Below are positions 12,965-25,050 of a stretch of DNA of 64,000 nucleotides, one piece after another. The notes under the pieces were generated by a model that did no database searches, was not told where the DNA came from, and saw nothing but the letters and a program-made list of their open reading frames with translations. Source of the stretch: Nemertoderma westbladi (lineage: Eukaryota; Animalia; Xenacoelomorpha); contig JAUCBJ010003100.1 in NCBI GenBank assembly GCA_032718475.1, forward strand, positions 6,384 through 70,383, read 5' to 3'. Numbering within the stretch: the first letter of the stretch is position 1; every line of letters starts with the position of its first letter. Both the position numbers and the translations under genes were made by a program.

Positions 12965-14911
12965 TTAATAAGGCTTATTCCACACCTACAGTCCTTATTT
13001 TCGGAGATCACATCATCGAATCGGCCACTGGTATGCAACAGGGTGATCCTAGTGGCCCTCTTCTCTTCGCGGTGGGAAAGGAGCCTGTCACCAAACTTGT
13101 TGGTTCAGAGCTGAATATCTGGTATCTTGATGACGGTACGGTAGGTGGTACTACAGAGAGTGTTCTTTCGGATGTCGTGGCAATAATACCAGAGCTAGCG
13201 AAGATTGGTCTAATTGTTAATGATGCAAAGTGTGAATTGATACTACTCAACCATACACCAGAAGCCGCTACTGAGACAATCCACAAGTTCAGTCAGCTCC
13301 TCCCTAATATTAGGGTCCTAAACAAGGAGGACCAGGTCCTTCTAGGAGCTCCCCTTACACGGGATGCTATTGAACCAGCTATCCAATCAAAACTCAAGTC
13401 TCTCGAGGTGATGGTTGATCGGCTGGTACATGTTGATGCACATCAAGGCTTCACCTTACTCAAGAATTGTCTGGCAGTCCCCCGGCTACAGTACACTCTG
13501 CGCACATCACCCACATTCAACAACACTGGTGACTTGCAGGAATTTGATACAGTTGTCCAAGATGCCCTTTCTAGTATCACCAATGTTAACTTTCAGGCAA
13601 AATCCATTACCCAGGGATCACTACCAGTCAGTCTCGGGGGACTTGGGATCCGTAAGTTGGAAGATCTGGCACTGCCTAGTTATATTTCCTCTCTTCATTC
13701 CACCGATATCCTCGTTAACTCCGTCCTCTCTAACACATTTGGACTGGAGCCATCGTGTGATTTGGCAGGAGCCGTCAAGGCATGGAGGGAGAAGTTCTCT
13801 TCAGTTGAGGAACCCAGTGGGGCAGCCAGGAATAACCAGAAAGCCTGGGACACTATCTCTGCGACTATAACACAGAGAGACCTGTTTGCCAAAGCGGATC
13901 AGGTCGAAACAGCACGCCTGGCTGCAGCAGCGCAAGTGGAGAGTGGGCTTTGGCTTCATGCGACCCCTATTCCATCTTTAGGGTCGAATTTGGATCGGGA
14001 AGCTCTTCGAATTGGTATAGCACAGAGAGTTGGTGCACCTATCTGCCATAAACACACCTGCAAGTGTGGCAAGGAAGTGGATATTCTTGGGCACCATGCA
14101 CTGTCCTGCCGAAACAGCATGGGTAGGTTCCCACGTCATGCAGCTCTCAACGATGTGCTGAAACGTTCACTGAGCAGAGCTGGTCTACCATCTGTCCTGG
14201 AACCTACTGGGTTGGACAGGGGAGATGGGAAACGTCCTGATGGTATGACCATCTACCCCTTCTCGAAAGGCCGGTGCCTGGTATGGGATGCTACATGTGT
14301 GGATACCTTTGCCCCATCCCACATTATTCGCTCTGCCATTGAGCCATCCTCAGCATCAGCAGCAGTGGGGGAGCTAAAGCGCGTGAAATACCGCAATTTG
14401 GGTCAGCAGTACCATTTCGAACCCCTGGCCTTCGAGACCACAGGAGTATTCGGTCCATCCACCATCAGCGTGTTAAAAGATCTTGGCCGAAGACTCATAG
14501 CGGAGTCAGGAGACCCACGCGAGAGCTTGTGGCTGAAGCAACGCATCGGGATAGCCATAGTGAGGGGGAATGCCCTTTGTGTTCGGGGTTCAATCAGCGC
14601 TGTGGAATAGAGTTATTCTCGCCGAGGTAAAGGGAGTAGATCAAAGAGTCGTCGAGGTAAAGGGAGTAGATCAAGGAGTCGTGGAGGAAAGGGGAAGAAG
14701 AAAGGAAAGAGAGGAAGATCGAAGGGGTGTGGGAAGAATGGAGTGGGAAAGTCGATATCTAATCAATTCGATGTTGCAGCTGGATGGAAGAAGTTGATGA
14801 GAGGAAAATAAACAGTTGGAATGTCATTACAGTACTTTAGGTTAATATGATTGTTTATCTTGTCTGTAAATTCAAAAAATAATTGATTTATATGAATTCC
14901 ATCCAATTTCT
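12965..14911 (+). mobile_element. 5'-truncated CRE-clade non-LTR retrotransposon (RT plus restriction-like endonuclease)
   Basis: 11-bp TSD ATTAAAATTAC (12954-12964, 14912-14922); the empty site is seen in copy 1 at ~9925. Confidence 0.88.
13033..14610 (+). CDS. RT C-terminal half, CCHC finger and RLE endonuclease (open but N-terminally truncated)
   Basis: QQGDP, WYLDDG, GGLGIR, CKCG...HALSC, RH, KRPDG...WDATC, K-x2-KY, PLAFETTG. The frame stays open back to the TSD. Confidence 0.88.
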   Translation: MQQGDPSGPLLFAVGKEPVTKLVGSELNIWYLDDGTVGGTTESVLSDVVAIIPELAKIGLIVNDAKCELILLNHTPEAATETIHKFSQLLPNIRVLNKEDQVLLGAPLTRDAIEPAIQSKLKSLEVMVDRLVHVDAHQGFTLLKNCLAVPRLQYTLRTSPTFNNTGDLQEFDTVVQDALSSITNVNFQAKSITQGSLPVSLGGLGIRKLEDLALPSYISSLHSTDILVNSVLSNTFGLEPSCDLAGAVKAWREKFSSVEEPSGAARNNQKAWDTISATITQRDLFAKADQVETARLAAAAQVESGLWLHATPIPSLGSNLDREALRIGIAQRVGAPICHKHTCKCGKEVDILGHHALSCRNSMGRFPRHAALNDVLKRSLSRAGLPSVLEPTGLDRGDGKRPDGMTIYPFSKGRCLVWDATCVDTFAPSHIIRSAIEPSSASAAVGELKRVKYRNLGQQYHFEPLAFETTGVFGPSTISVLKDLGRRLIAESGDPRESLWLKQRIGIAIVRGNALCVRGSISAVE

Positions 14912-15138
14912 ATTAAAATTACGAATTTTAAGGGTCGAAAAATATCGCGTTATTTTGGCCCTTTTTTTTTATTTTTTTGGGGCCAAAAATAACCCCTTCT
15001 CAAAAGATTAAGAAAAAATTACGGCAAAGAATATACCAATTTTATTGAATTTGGATCACCAGAACCGAAGTTAGAGCGATTTAAGTGAAAAAATAAAAAT
15101 AATTTTTTTTGCAAAAAAATTAAGAATGGTCAGGTCAA

Positions 15139-15400
15139 TACGGAGCCCCTAAAGGGACATGGGTTTCCCCCTTTTTTTTCTAAGTCCGGCCCGGAGATAC
15201 TATATCAGGCCCGGAGATACTAAGTCCAGCCCGGAGATACTATCTCAGACCCGGAGATACTAAGTCCGGCCCGGAGATACTAAGTCCGGCCCGGCGATAC
15301 TATCTCAGGCCCTGAGATACTAAGTCCGGCCCGGAGATACTATCTCAGGCCCGGAGATACTAAGTCCGGCCCGGAGATACTATCTCAGGCCCGGAGATAA
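15139..15400 (+). mobile_element. IS3EU-like left end with 20/21-bp subterminal repeats (other end not found)
   Basis: Starts TACGGAGCCCCTAAAGGG, similar to the TIR at 16676; followed by CCGGAGATACTAAGTCCGGC / CCGGAGATACTATCTCAGGC units. Confidence 0.55.
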
Positions 15401-17280
15401 AATACAGCACAGGTTCATAGATGTTATAGCGCTGATACAGCAATCAACAGAAACAAATTGGAGCCAAACAGCTAACTGGGTTAATTCCAGATCAATGGCT
15501 GTTCTACAAGTACAGACATCTTGACGGGAACATGGAAATTAAGTTTCACATTTCAATTTGTGAGATATTTAATATGGAGACACAAGAGTATTGTTAGCAC
15601 AGCACAATACAAAGTAATTACACGTTCGTGGGGCCTTCGGGCAGCACGAGAGCCTATATTAGAATAAAGTATATTATACTTATCTCTATTAGATATACGA
15701 AAACTGTCTTTCCTAAAATATATATGAGTGAAGGCGATGCTATCAGTTTGTGATAAACTAGTTGTAAAACAGAGATCCATTTCAGTTTGCCATTACACAC
15801 TTTAACTGTCATTTGTAAACCTTCTAACTAGGGCTATTTAAGTTAAGTGTGACATTTTTGTTTTACAATACTCTTCTCCTTCATTAGCCACGTTGCGCTC
15901 GTCCTGTTTTGTCTTAAAATAATTACCCTAAACGGAGACTAGCGACCGTTATAACTATGCAAAGTCTCGAAACTGTGAGAGTAACTGCTGATTTATGGAA
16001 GATGGATACTCGTATCCACTGTAAACTCGTTGCGTTCGTTCGTTTTGGACCAAACTTGAGATTCTTTCTAAACTTTTGCCGGACTACATACGTGCCAAGT
16101 TTCGTTTAATTTCATCAAGGAATAACCGAGTTAATAGCGATCAAAAATTTACGACGACGACGACAGACAACTCGTTAATGGTACCCATATGCTAAGGCTT
16201 CGCTCACTTCGTGGCTCGCCCCACATATATTCCAAGTTTCGGCTTTAATCTAATATATATAAATATGCATTGTCTGTCTGTCTGTCTGTTTGTCATCAGC
16301 TATACAATCGAACCCATCTCGATGAAATCTCGCTTACTATAGCTCGTTAGAAAGGTCTCGCCCTAACTCGTTGCAACGTAATACTCAGACCCGTCTGAAG
16401 TTCCCCGTCTGCCGCTAGAGGGCGATTTTCGTGATTTTCGGGCGAAATTTATTGAATTATTTCGGTTCTTCTATCGGTAATTAATGATTTAGAGGGCTAA
16501 CATTTATCCCACCTGGCATAAAATTAACATGAGTAGATTCGCCGTGTCCCATTCTCACAAAGTTTTTATTTTATTCGAGTGTTTAATATAAATATGTATG
16601 ATTATTTATTGATTAAAAATCAAATAGTGTATAAATATGTCATATTCGCCAAGCACGATCGAATTGGCCTATTGCTACGGCGTCTCTAAAGGGTCAAAAT
16701 ATAAATGAATAAAAACCTCTATGAAACAAGAAAAATGCCTCCATATTTGTTACTGCAGTAATAAATAATTGTTACTGCAGTATAAATTATTAATTACTGC
16801 AGTAATAAATAAAAATTATTTTTTACTGCAGTATGAATTATTTGTTACTTCAGTAAAAAAAAAATTTATTTATTACTGCAGTAATAAATAATTGTTACTG
16901 CAGTAATAAATATTTGTTACTGCAGTAACAAATAATTATTGCTGCAGTAACAATTATTTATTACTGCAGTAACAATTATTTATTACTGCAGTAACAATTA
17001 TTTATGACTGCAGTAACAATTATTTAATACTGCAGTAACAATTATTTATTACTGCAGTAACAATTATTTATTACTGCAGTAACAATTATTTATTACTGCA
17101 GTAACAATTATTTATTACTACAGTAACAATTATTTATTACTGCAGTAACAATAATTTAATACTGCAGTAACAATTATTTATTACTGCAGTAACAATTATT
17201 TATTACTGCAGTAACAATTATTTGCTACTGCAGTAGCAAATATTTATTACTGCAGTAGCAAATATTTATTACTGCAGTAA

Positions 17281-17473
17281 TGTGGCAGCCCCACATAGAT
17301 TATACAGTCTCAAAACTTTGTTATTACGGTTGCCTAGCAACCCTAGAGAGTAACGTATTCTGTTATTAGGCCGACGTACAGAATGGTACGACTGTACTGC
17401 AGTATGCCTTCAGCAAAGACTCGAACTTGAGTTTTGATAAGTTTTCATTTCGTGGCTAGACGCCATCACTACA
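17281..17473 (+). repeat. 5' LTR
   Basis: Matches 21435-21627 with one visible mismatch (position 7). Confidence 0.95.
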
Positions 17474-17579
17474 TTGGTGACCCAGCGTCTCAAGACGAAC
17501 TCTTGAGACCGCGACTCGCAACACGATCCTGCAATCGAACTGGAACAGCCACCGACAGACCGAAACTGTGTTGACGACA

Positions 17580-18284
17580 ATGGCCGAAGCGACCGCCAAC
17601 GCCGTTTCTATTAAACTGCCTCCTTTCTGGACCACCCAACCCGAGGTGTGGTTCGCCCAGGCGGAGGCACAGTTCCACATCCGCAGCATCACCGAGGACG
17701 CTACAAAATACTATTACGTGGTGGGGGCCCTCGACCAGGAGACAGCCGCTCGCCTCCTAAAACTCATCCGGAACCCTCCCGCTACTGAGAAGTACCTCAA
17801 ACTCAAGGGCCAACTTCTCAAGGCCTTCGGGCTCTCCCGACGCGAGCGCGCAGCCCGACTCTGGGACCTCGACGGCCTCGGTGACCGGCGCCCCTCGCAA
17901 CTCCTCGGAGAAATGCAGGCGCTCCTCGGCGACGACAACGCGGGACTCCTCTTCGAGGAGGCCTTCCTCCGGCAGATGCCCGCCGCAATCCGCCTCCAAC
18001 TCGCGGAGGAGGACTTCCGCGACCTCGACAGGGTTGCGGACCGGGCCGACGCGCTGTGGGAGGCCTCCCGGCAGACCCCACTCGCGGCCCACGCTGTCAG
18101 GAAACCGACGCCGGTCCCGCCGCAGCGAACCGGAAAGAACTCCTCGTCGGCGTCGACTCCCGCCCCGCGGGCCCTGAACTCGAACCCGGACTGGTGCTAT
18201 TATCACCAGACGTTCGGCCCCACAGCCAGGAAGTGCCGCCCGCCCTGCAGTTACCAGGGAAACGCCCCGGCCGGCCGTTTGTAG
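17580..18284 (+). CDS. gag: Gypsy gag
   Basis: KLPPFW...[12 protein letters not shown] and [18 protein letters not shown] (CHCC); ATG at 17580. Confidence 0.9.
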   Translation: MAEATANAVSIKLPPFWTTQPEVWFAQAEAQFHIRSITEDATKYYYVVGALDQETAARLLKLIRNPPATEKYLKLKGQLLKAFGLSRRERAARLWDLDGLGDRRPSQLLGEMQALLGDDNAGLLFEEAFLRQMPAAIRLQLAEEDFRDLDRVADRADALWEASRQTPLAAHAVRKPTPVPPQRTGKNSSSASTPAPRALNSNPDWCYYHQTFGPTARKCRPPCSYQGNAPAGRL

Positions 18285-18302
18285 CAGCTACAACGGCCGG
18301 CC
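18257..18302 (+). other. Programmed -1 ribosomal frameshift signal
   Basis: G GGA AAC heptamer in the gag frame (18257-18263), 5-nt spacer, hairpin GGCCGGCCGTTTGTAG-CAG-CTACAACGGCCGGCC. Confidence 0.88.
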
Positions 18303-21300
18303 ACACCGACCTGCTGCTGTTTGCCTGGGACCGCGTTTCCGGGCAACGCTTCTTGGTCGACACCGGGGCGGAGGTAAGCGTTATTCCCGCGACGACTCGC
18401 GAGGAACGTTCGGGACAGAATGGGCCGCCCATCCTCGCCGCCAACAAAACGTACATTCGAACGTACGGCGACCGCTCCGTCAAACTCGACTTCCACTCCC
18501 GCCGGTTCCAGTGGAAGTTTATCGCGGCCGACGTCGCCCAGCCTCTCCTCGGAGCCGACTTCCTCCGAGCGAACAACATGTTGGTCGACCTGAGAGGCCG
18601 CCGTCTGGTCGACGCCGAGACGTTGACCTCGATCCCGTGCGGGCGGACTACGGGCCACGCCCCCCACCTCGGTTCTGTCACCGCCTCGGACGACGAGTTC
18701 GCTCGGCTCCTCGCCGAGTTCCCCGATATTACGATCCCTCGCTTCTCCGACCCCACCGCGAAACACGGGGTCGAACATTACATCCCCACCGAGGGACCCC
18801 CGGTCTACTCCCGCGCCCGTCGTCTGCCTCCAGACAAACTCAAGATCGCGCGGGACGAGTTCCGGAAGATGGAGGAGATGGGGATCATCCGCCGGTCCAA
18901 CAGTCCCTGGGCGTCACCCCTCCACATGGCCCCTAAACCCTCGGGTGGATGGCGGCCGTGTGGCGACTACCGACGCCTCAACGACGCCACGACTCCGGAC
19001 CGATACCCCATCCCCCATATCCAGGACTTCTCCTCCAGACTGGCTGGGGCGAAGATCTTTTCTAAGATCGATCTGGTGCGCGGCTACCACCAGATCCCCG
19101 TAACCGAGGCCGACATCGCCAAGACCGCGGTTATAACCCCGTTCGGCCTGTTTGAATTTCTTCGAATGCCGTTCGGGCTGAAGAACGCGGCCCAGGCCTT
19201 CCAGAGACTGATGGACACGGTGTGCCAGGGACTCGACTTCCTCTTCGTCTACCTAGACGACGTCCTCGTCGCGAGTCGGTCCCCCAAGGAACACCGTGAC
19301 CACCTCCGTCAGCTCTTCACGCGCCTCCAAGAACACGGCCTCGTGATCAACCTCGCCAAGTGCGAGTTCGGTCGGTCGACCATCGACTTCCTCGGCCACC
19401 GAATCTCGGCCCACGGCGCCGTCCCGCTCCCCGACAAGGTCGCCGCCATCCGGGAGTTCACCCAGCCGACCACCGTCAAGGGCCTGCAGGAGTTCGTGGG
19501 GATGGTGAACTTCTATCATCGGTTCGTCCCCGCGGCCGCCGCCATCATGCGGCCCCTCTACGCGGCCCTTGCCGGTAAACCCAAGTCCCTCGACTGGACC
19601 CCCGACATGGCGGCGGCGTTCCGGAACGCCAAGGAAGCCCTCGCCAACGCCACGATGCTCGCCCACCCCAACGCCAACGCACCGACGGCGCTCACCGTGG
19701 ACGCATCTGGCACGGCAGTGGGCGCCGTTCTAGAACAGCTCGTCGGCGACTCGTGGCGCCCCCTGGCGTTCTTCAGCCGCCAACTTCGACCCCCGGAGGT
19801 GAAGTACAGTGCGTTCGACCGGGAACTCCTCGCGCTGTACCTCGCTGTTCGCCACTTCCGGTACTACCTGGAGGGCCGCGTATTCACCGCCTACACAGAT
19901 CACAAACCCCTGATGTTCGCATTCGCCAAGATCAGCGACCCGTGGTCGAATCGGCAACAACGGCACATCGCCTACATTTCCGAGTTCACCACGGCGATCG
20001 AACACGTCGCCGGCAAAGACAACGGTGTGGCGGATGCGCTCTCCAGGACTACCGTCAGCGCGGTTCGAACCCTCCTCCCCGGCCTTGACTATAGGGCTAT
20101 GGCGGCTGCCCAACTCGCCGACCCCGAGCTGCCAACCTACCGCTCCGCCGTGTCCGGCCTCCAACTGGAAGACGTCCCGCTCGCCCCCGCCAACGCCACT
20201 CTACTTTGCGACGTTTCTCTCGGACACCCGCGCCCCGTCGTCCCCGTCGCCTGGCGACGGCGCGTCTTCGACGCCCTATACGGCCTGTCTCACCCCGGCG
20301 CTCGTACCACCAAGAAACTCGTCGCCGACAGGTTCGTGTGGCACGGCCTCCGCAAAGAGGTGGGCGAGTGGGCGAAGACCTGCATCCCTTGCCAGTCTTC
20401 CAAAGTGCAACGCCACGTCCGCGCGCCCCTCGGCACCTTCGCCACCCCCCACCGCCGGTTCGACCACATCCACGTGGATCTGGTCGGCCCTCTACCACCA
20501 TCGCGCGGGTTCACTCACCTGCTGACGATGGTAGACCGTTTCACTCGGTGGCCAGAGGCCGTGCCCCTCACCGAGACCTCCACCGAGAGTTGCGCCCGGG
20601 CTCTCATCTCCAACTGGATATCTCGGTTCGGCGTCCCCGCGGATCTCTCCTCCGACCGCGGTTCGCAGTTTACCTCCCAGCTCTGGTCCGCCGTCAACCA
20701 GCTGCTGGGCACCCAACTGCACCGCACCACGGCCTACCACCCGCAGGCGAACGGACTGGTGGAACGTTTCCACCGCCACCTAAAGTCCGCCCTGCGGGCC
20801 TCGCTCACCGGCCCCGATTGGGTCGACGAGTTGCCGTGGGTTCTCCTCGGAATCCGGACCGCTCCCAAGGACGACTTGGAGACCTCCTCCGCCGAGCTGG
20901 TCTACGGTGCCCCCCTCACCGTCCCGGGCGAGTTCCTTCCGCCGGCTACGGGCGCCCAGCACTCGCCGTCCACGATCCTCCCTCAACTCCGGGATACGGT
21001 CGGACGGTTCGCTCCGGTACCGACGTCACGCCAAGGACTGACTCCGTCGTCGGTTCCACCGGACCTCCATGACGCTACCTACGTTTTCGTCCGGCGCGAC
21101 GCCCACCGGACGCCATTCGAACGCCCCTACGAGGGGCCTTACAAGGTCCTCACCCCCGGACCCAAAACATTTAAGATCGAGATGGGCGGTCGAACTGAAA
21201 CGATTTCAGTCGACCGACTCAAACCGGCCCATCTCGATTTTACCGAGCCGGTCGTTCTCGGCCAACCGCGGCGCCGAGGTCGACACCCGAATGCACCTCC

Positions 21301-21406
21301 GGTACCTCCTACACCGCCGGTACTAACGCAAAGACCACCAACCCCAGCCCAACTGCCCGTACAAACTCGATCGGGCCGGACGGTCCGTCCACCTGATTAT
21401 CTGTAA
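18257..21406 (+). CDS. pol: Gypsy pol (PR-RT-RNaseH-INT), reached by -1 frameshift
   Basis: [51 protein letters not shown]; uninterrupted frame. Confidence 0.93.
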   Translation, partial: GKRPGRPFVAATTAGHTDLLLFAWDRVSGQRFLVDTGAEVSVIPATTREERSGQNGPPILAANKTYIRTYGDRSVKLDFHSRRFQWKFIAADVAQPLLGADFLRANNMLVDLRGRRLVDAETLTSIPCGRTTGHAPHLGSVTASDDEFARLLAEFPDITIPRFSDPTAKHGVEHYIPTEGPPVYSRARRLPPDKLKIARDEFRKMEEMGIIRRSNSPWASPLHMAPKPSGGWRPCGDYRRLNDATTPDRYPIPHIQDFSSRLAGAKIFSKIDLVRGYHQIPVTEADIAKTAVITPFGLFEFLRMPFGLKNAAQAFQRLMDTVCQGLDFLFVYLDDVLVASRSPKEHRDHLRQLFTRLQEHGLVINLAKCEFGRSTIDFLGHRISAHGAVPLPDKVAAIREFTQPTTVKGLQEFVGMVNFYHRFVPAAAAIMRPLYAALAGKPKSLDWTPDMAAAFRNAKEALANATMLAHPNANAPTALTVDASGTAVGAVLEQLVGDSWRPLAFFSRQLRPPEVKYSAFDRELLALYLAVRHFRYYLEGRVFTAYTDHKPLMFAFAKISDPWSNRQQRHIAYISEFTTAIEHVAGKDNGVADALSRTTVSAVRTLLPGLDYRAMAAAQLADPELPTYRSAVSGLQLEDVPLAPANATLLCDVSLGHPRPVVPVAWRRRVFDALYGLSHPGARTTKKLVADRFVWHGLRKEVGEWAKTCIPCQSSKVQRHVRAPLGTFATPHRRFDHIHVDLVGPLPPSRGFTHLLTMVDRFTRWPEAVPLTETSTESCARALISNWISRFGVPADLSSDRGSQFTSQLWSAVNQLLGTQLHRTTAYHPQANGLVERFHRHLKSALRASLTGPDWVDELPWVLLGIRTAPKDDLETSSAELVYGAPLTVPGEFLPPATGAQHSPSTILPQLRDTVGRFAPVPTSRQGLTPSSVPPDLHDATYVFVRRDAHRTPFERPYEGPYKVLTPGPKTFKIEMGGRTETISVDRLKPAHLDFTEPVVLGQPRRRGRHPNAPPVPPTPPVLTQRPPTPAQLPVQTRSGRTVRPPDYL

Positions 21407-21434
21407 TACGTTTCGAGACTGGGGGGGGGGGTCA

Positions 21435-21627
21435 TGTGGCTGCCCCACATAGATTATACAGTCTCAAAACTTTGTTATTACGGTTGCCTAGCAACCCTAG
21501 AGAGTAACGTATTCTGTTATTAGGCCGACGTACAGAATGGTACGACTGTACTGCAGTATGCCTTCAGCAAAGACTCGAACTTGAGTTTTGATAAGTTTTC
21601 ATTTCGTGGCTAGACGCCATCACTACA
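21435..21627 (+). repeat. 3' LTR
   Basis: Direct repeat of the 5' LTR, follows the PPT. Confidence 0.95.
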
Positions 21628-23759
21628 GTAACAAATAATTATTACTGCAGTAACAAATAATTATTACTGCAGTAATAAACCATAAAATTTTTTTTTCTGC
21701 AGTAAGAAATAATTGTTACTGCAGTAAAAAAAAAATTTGTATTACTGCAGTAATAAATATTTGCTACTGCAGTAATAATTATTTGTTACTGCAGTAATAA
21801 TTATTTGTTACTGCAGTAGCAAATATTTATTTAACAGTTCCCCAAAGGCAGTTTAGAATTCTGGAATTTAGTTGAAATTCATTATTCGCTGAGATCCGGA
21901 TATTAATTAATTTTATCATTTTTTTTAAAATAATAGATAGAATAGATAAAGATAACCCTACTGTATAAGTGTGTGTACTGTCTAGGCCTACTGTCAGTCT
22001 GTATAACACATAATATAAAATTGATAAAGTACAGTATTAGGCCTACTTAAGTTGTTAGTTCATGTGGTTCAAATTCAACATAATATTAAAAAGTTAATAA
22101 TTAATTATCGCATACAATACGTATATCCTATCACTTAAATTCCAATGCGAATCAGGCTCAACTTAACTAGTAACCTGGCTGCCAGATAGCGAGTACCACG
22201 TAAATCTATACTAATTGCATTGCAGTTAGTTGATTTGGATATACGGTACTTCTGTACCTTCTGGGCCTACAGTTTTACAGTACATTACTGTAGTCCTACC
22301 TAAAATGAAAGGCTGAACCGCCCGGAGATATCACTTAACCAGTTCACGGATTATACCGCTACGTATTGTAGGCCAAACTATCGCCCATGTGACTGTGACA
22401 GTGTGAAGAATACCCGTTTTTCATCCTACGTTATGCTAGAGAACATAAACAGTGTAATCTGGCAATGACAAATCCATATGATTGCTTCGTAAACGCTTCA
22501 TAAGATCCCATTGGTGGAATTGTATTATGCATAACAACCAATTAAACCCGGTTTTGGGTGGCCCTTATAACTGCGGATTCTGATTGGAGATTAATTGAAT
22601 TATATCGGCCAATGAAAGGACAGTTTAGTACTGCAGTAATAAATATTTGCTACTGCAGTAACAAATAATTATTACTGCAGTAACAAATAATTATTACTGC
22701 AGTAGCAAATATTTATTACTGCAGTAATACAAATTTTTTTTTTTACTGCAGTAACAATTATTTCTTACTGCAGAAAAAAAAATTTTTTTGTTTATTACTG
22801 CAGTAATAATTATTTGTTACTGCAGTAATAATTATTTGTTACTGCAGTAATAAATATTTGCTACTGCAGTAATAAATATTTGCTACTGCAGTAGCAAATA
22901 ATTGTTACTGCAGTAATAAATAATTGTTACTGCAGTAATAAATAATTGTTACTGCAGTATTAAATTATTGTTACTGCAGTAATAAATAATTGTTACTGCA
23001 GTAATAAATAATTGTTACTGCAGTATTAAATTATTGTTACTGCAGTAATAAATAATTGTTACTGCAGTAATAAATAATTGTTACTGCAGTAATAAATAAT
23101 TGTTACTGCAGTAAGAAACAATTGTTACTGCAGTAATAAATAATTGATAATTGTTACTGCAGCAATAATTATTTGTTACTGCAGTAACAAATATTTATTA
23201 CTGCAGTAACAATTATTTATTACTGCAGTAACAAATAATTCATACTGCAGTAAAAAATAATTTTTATTTATTACTGCATTAATTAATAATTTATACTGCA
23301 GTAACAATTATTTATTACTGCAGTAACAAATATGGAGGCATTTTTCTTGTTTCATAGAGGTTTTTATTCATTTATATTTTGACCCTTTGGAGACGCCATA
23401 TATTGCTATTGAATAGGGAAGGATTGTTTTCTGTATCATAGCAACGTTAAGGTAATTATTGAAATCGCAGCTAGCTGGCTGGGCACAGATAAGGAGCAAG
23501 CAGGCTGGAGTGTTGATTGGGGTGGGTTTGGGTTGTCTATTGCTAATTGCGCAGAGTAATTCTGCTTTTTCAATCATTGGCTGCATGGAAGGAGAGGTTT
23601 ATAACATTTTTGTTTTACTGTTATGAATATTAAAAGGAAAATAATTATTTCTGTAGGCCTATACTTACTGTATTATTATTTTATCTAATAGTATACATCT
23701 AATCTCGATGAAATCTCGCTTACTATAGCTCGTTAGATAGGTCTCGCCCTAAGTCGTTG

Positions 23760-25050
23760 CAACGTAATACTCAGAGCCGTCTGAAGTTCCCCCGTCTGCC
23801 GCTAGAGGGCGAATTGTCCGATAGTGAAAACCTGATCTTATTGGGTTGTTTTTAATGCTTTTGAGCTGAAACTTGGTAGCTATATACTGCAGCATAGGCT
23901 GTATTATTTCCGGAGTCACTGGGTTGTCTACAGTTCCCCAGTCTACCGTTAGAGGGCTAAATGTCTGAGAGTTAACATCTTCTCCAACTTTGTTATTTAC
24001 AATCCGTTTAGACTGAAACTTGGTAGGCATCTACTACAGCATAGACTGTATCTTTACTGAGTAGCAGAGTCGTCTACAATTCCCCGGTCTACCGCTAGAG
24101 GGCGAAATGTCTGAAAGTTAACATCTTCTCCAACTTTGTTATTTATAATCCATTTAGACTGAACTTGGTAGGCATCTACTACAGCATAGGCTATATCTTT
24201 ACTGAGTCACGCAGAGTTGTCTACAGTACCCGCGTCTGCCGCTAGAGGGCGAAATGTATGAAAGTTAACATCTTCTCCAACTTTGTTATTTACAATCCTT
24301 TTAGACTGAAACTTGGTAGGCATCTACTATAGCATAGGCTATATCTTTGCGGAGTAGTAGAGTTGTCTACAGTTCCACAGTCAGCCGCAAGAGGGCGAAT
24401 TGTCTGATAGTGAAAACCTCATCCCATTTGGTTCTTTTTAATCATTTTGAGCTGAAACTTGGTTGGTATCTACTACATCATAGGCTCTATCTTTACGGAG
24501 TTGCAGAGTCCTATACACTTCCCCGGTCTACCGCTAGAGGGTGAAATGTCTGAAAGTTAACATCTTCTCCAACTTTGTTATTTACAAACGGTTTAGACTG
24601 AAACTTGGTAGGCATCTACTACAGCATAGGCTCTACATTTACTGAGTCGCAGAGTTGTATACAGTTCCCCTATCTGCCGCTAGAGGGCGAATTGTCTGTT
24701 AGTGAACACCTCATCCCAATTGGTTCTTTTTAATCCCTTTGAGCTGGAACTTGGCAGGAATCTACTACAGCATATTCTGTATCTTTACGGAGTCCCAGAG
24801 TCGTCTACAGTTCTTCAGTCTACCGCTAGAGGGTGAAATGTCTGAATGTGAACATCTACACCAATTTTGTTATTTACAATCTGTTTAAGCTGAAACTTGA
24901 AAGGCAGGCATTTTACTTCACCATAAACCCCATCTTTACCAAACTGCAGCGTCGTCTGCATTTCACCAGTCCGCAGGTAGAGGGTGGATCTGAAAGTGAT
25001 AATTTTCTGGAAATTTTGTTATTTACAATCTGCCTAAAGTTGAAACTTGA
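23760..25050 (+). repeat. Helitron-internal 146-bp tandem array (unit 1)
   Basis: CTGAAACTTGG anchor at 23866, 24013, 24159, 24306, 24452, 24598, 24744, 24890. Confidence 0.9.

Larger units (their letters stand above)
11724..15138. mobile_element. Unclassified dispersed repeat, copy 2 (interrupted by the CRE LINE, truncated by an IS3EU-like end)
   Basis: Direct alignment to copy 1, starting at GGTGGGATAAATATTTCTCC. Confidence 0.75.
17281..21627 (+). mobile_element. Intact Ty3/Gypsy LTR retrotransposon, CsRN1-like clade
   Basis: 193-bp TG...CA LTRs, 4-bp TSD GTAA, PBS TGGTGACCC (tRNA-Trp-like), G-run PPT at 21421-21431, CHCC gag finger. Confidence 0.95.
16676..23400. mobile_element. IS3EU-like non-autonomous foldback DNA transposon with ~0.77-kb satellite-built inverted arms
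   Basis: Termini TACGG...CCATA, ~75-bp unique TIR, 6-bp TSD TATTGC (16670-16675, 23401-23406). Arms consist of ~22-bp TTACTGCAGTAA units; unique spacer ~21830-22628. Confidence 0.8.

Noticed and set aside
17456-21326. Many overlapping antisense and alternate-frame ORFs in the Gypsy element
   Set aside because: Expected shadow ORFs of GC-rich coding sequence.
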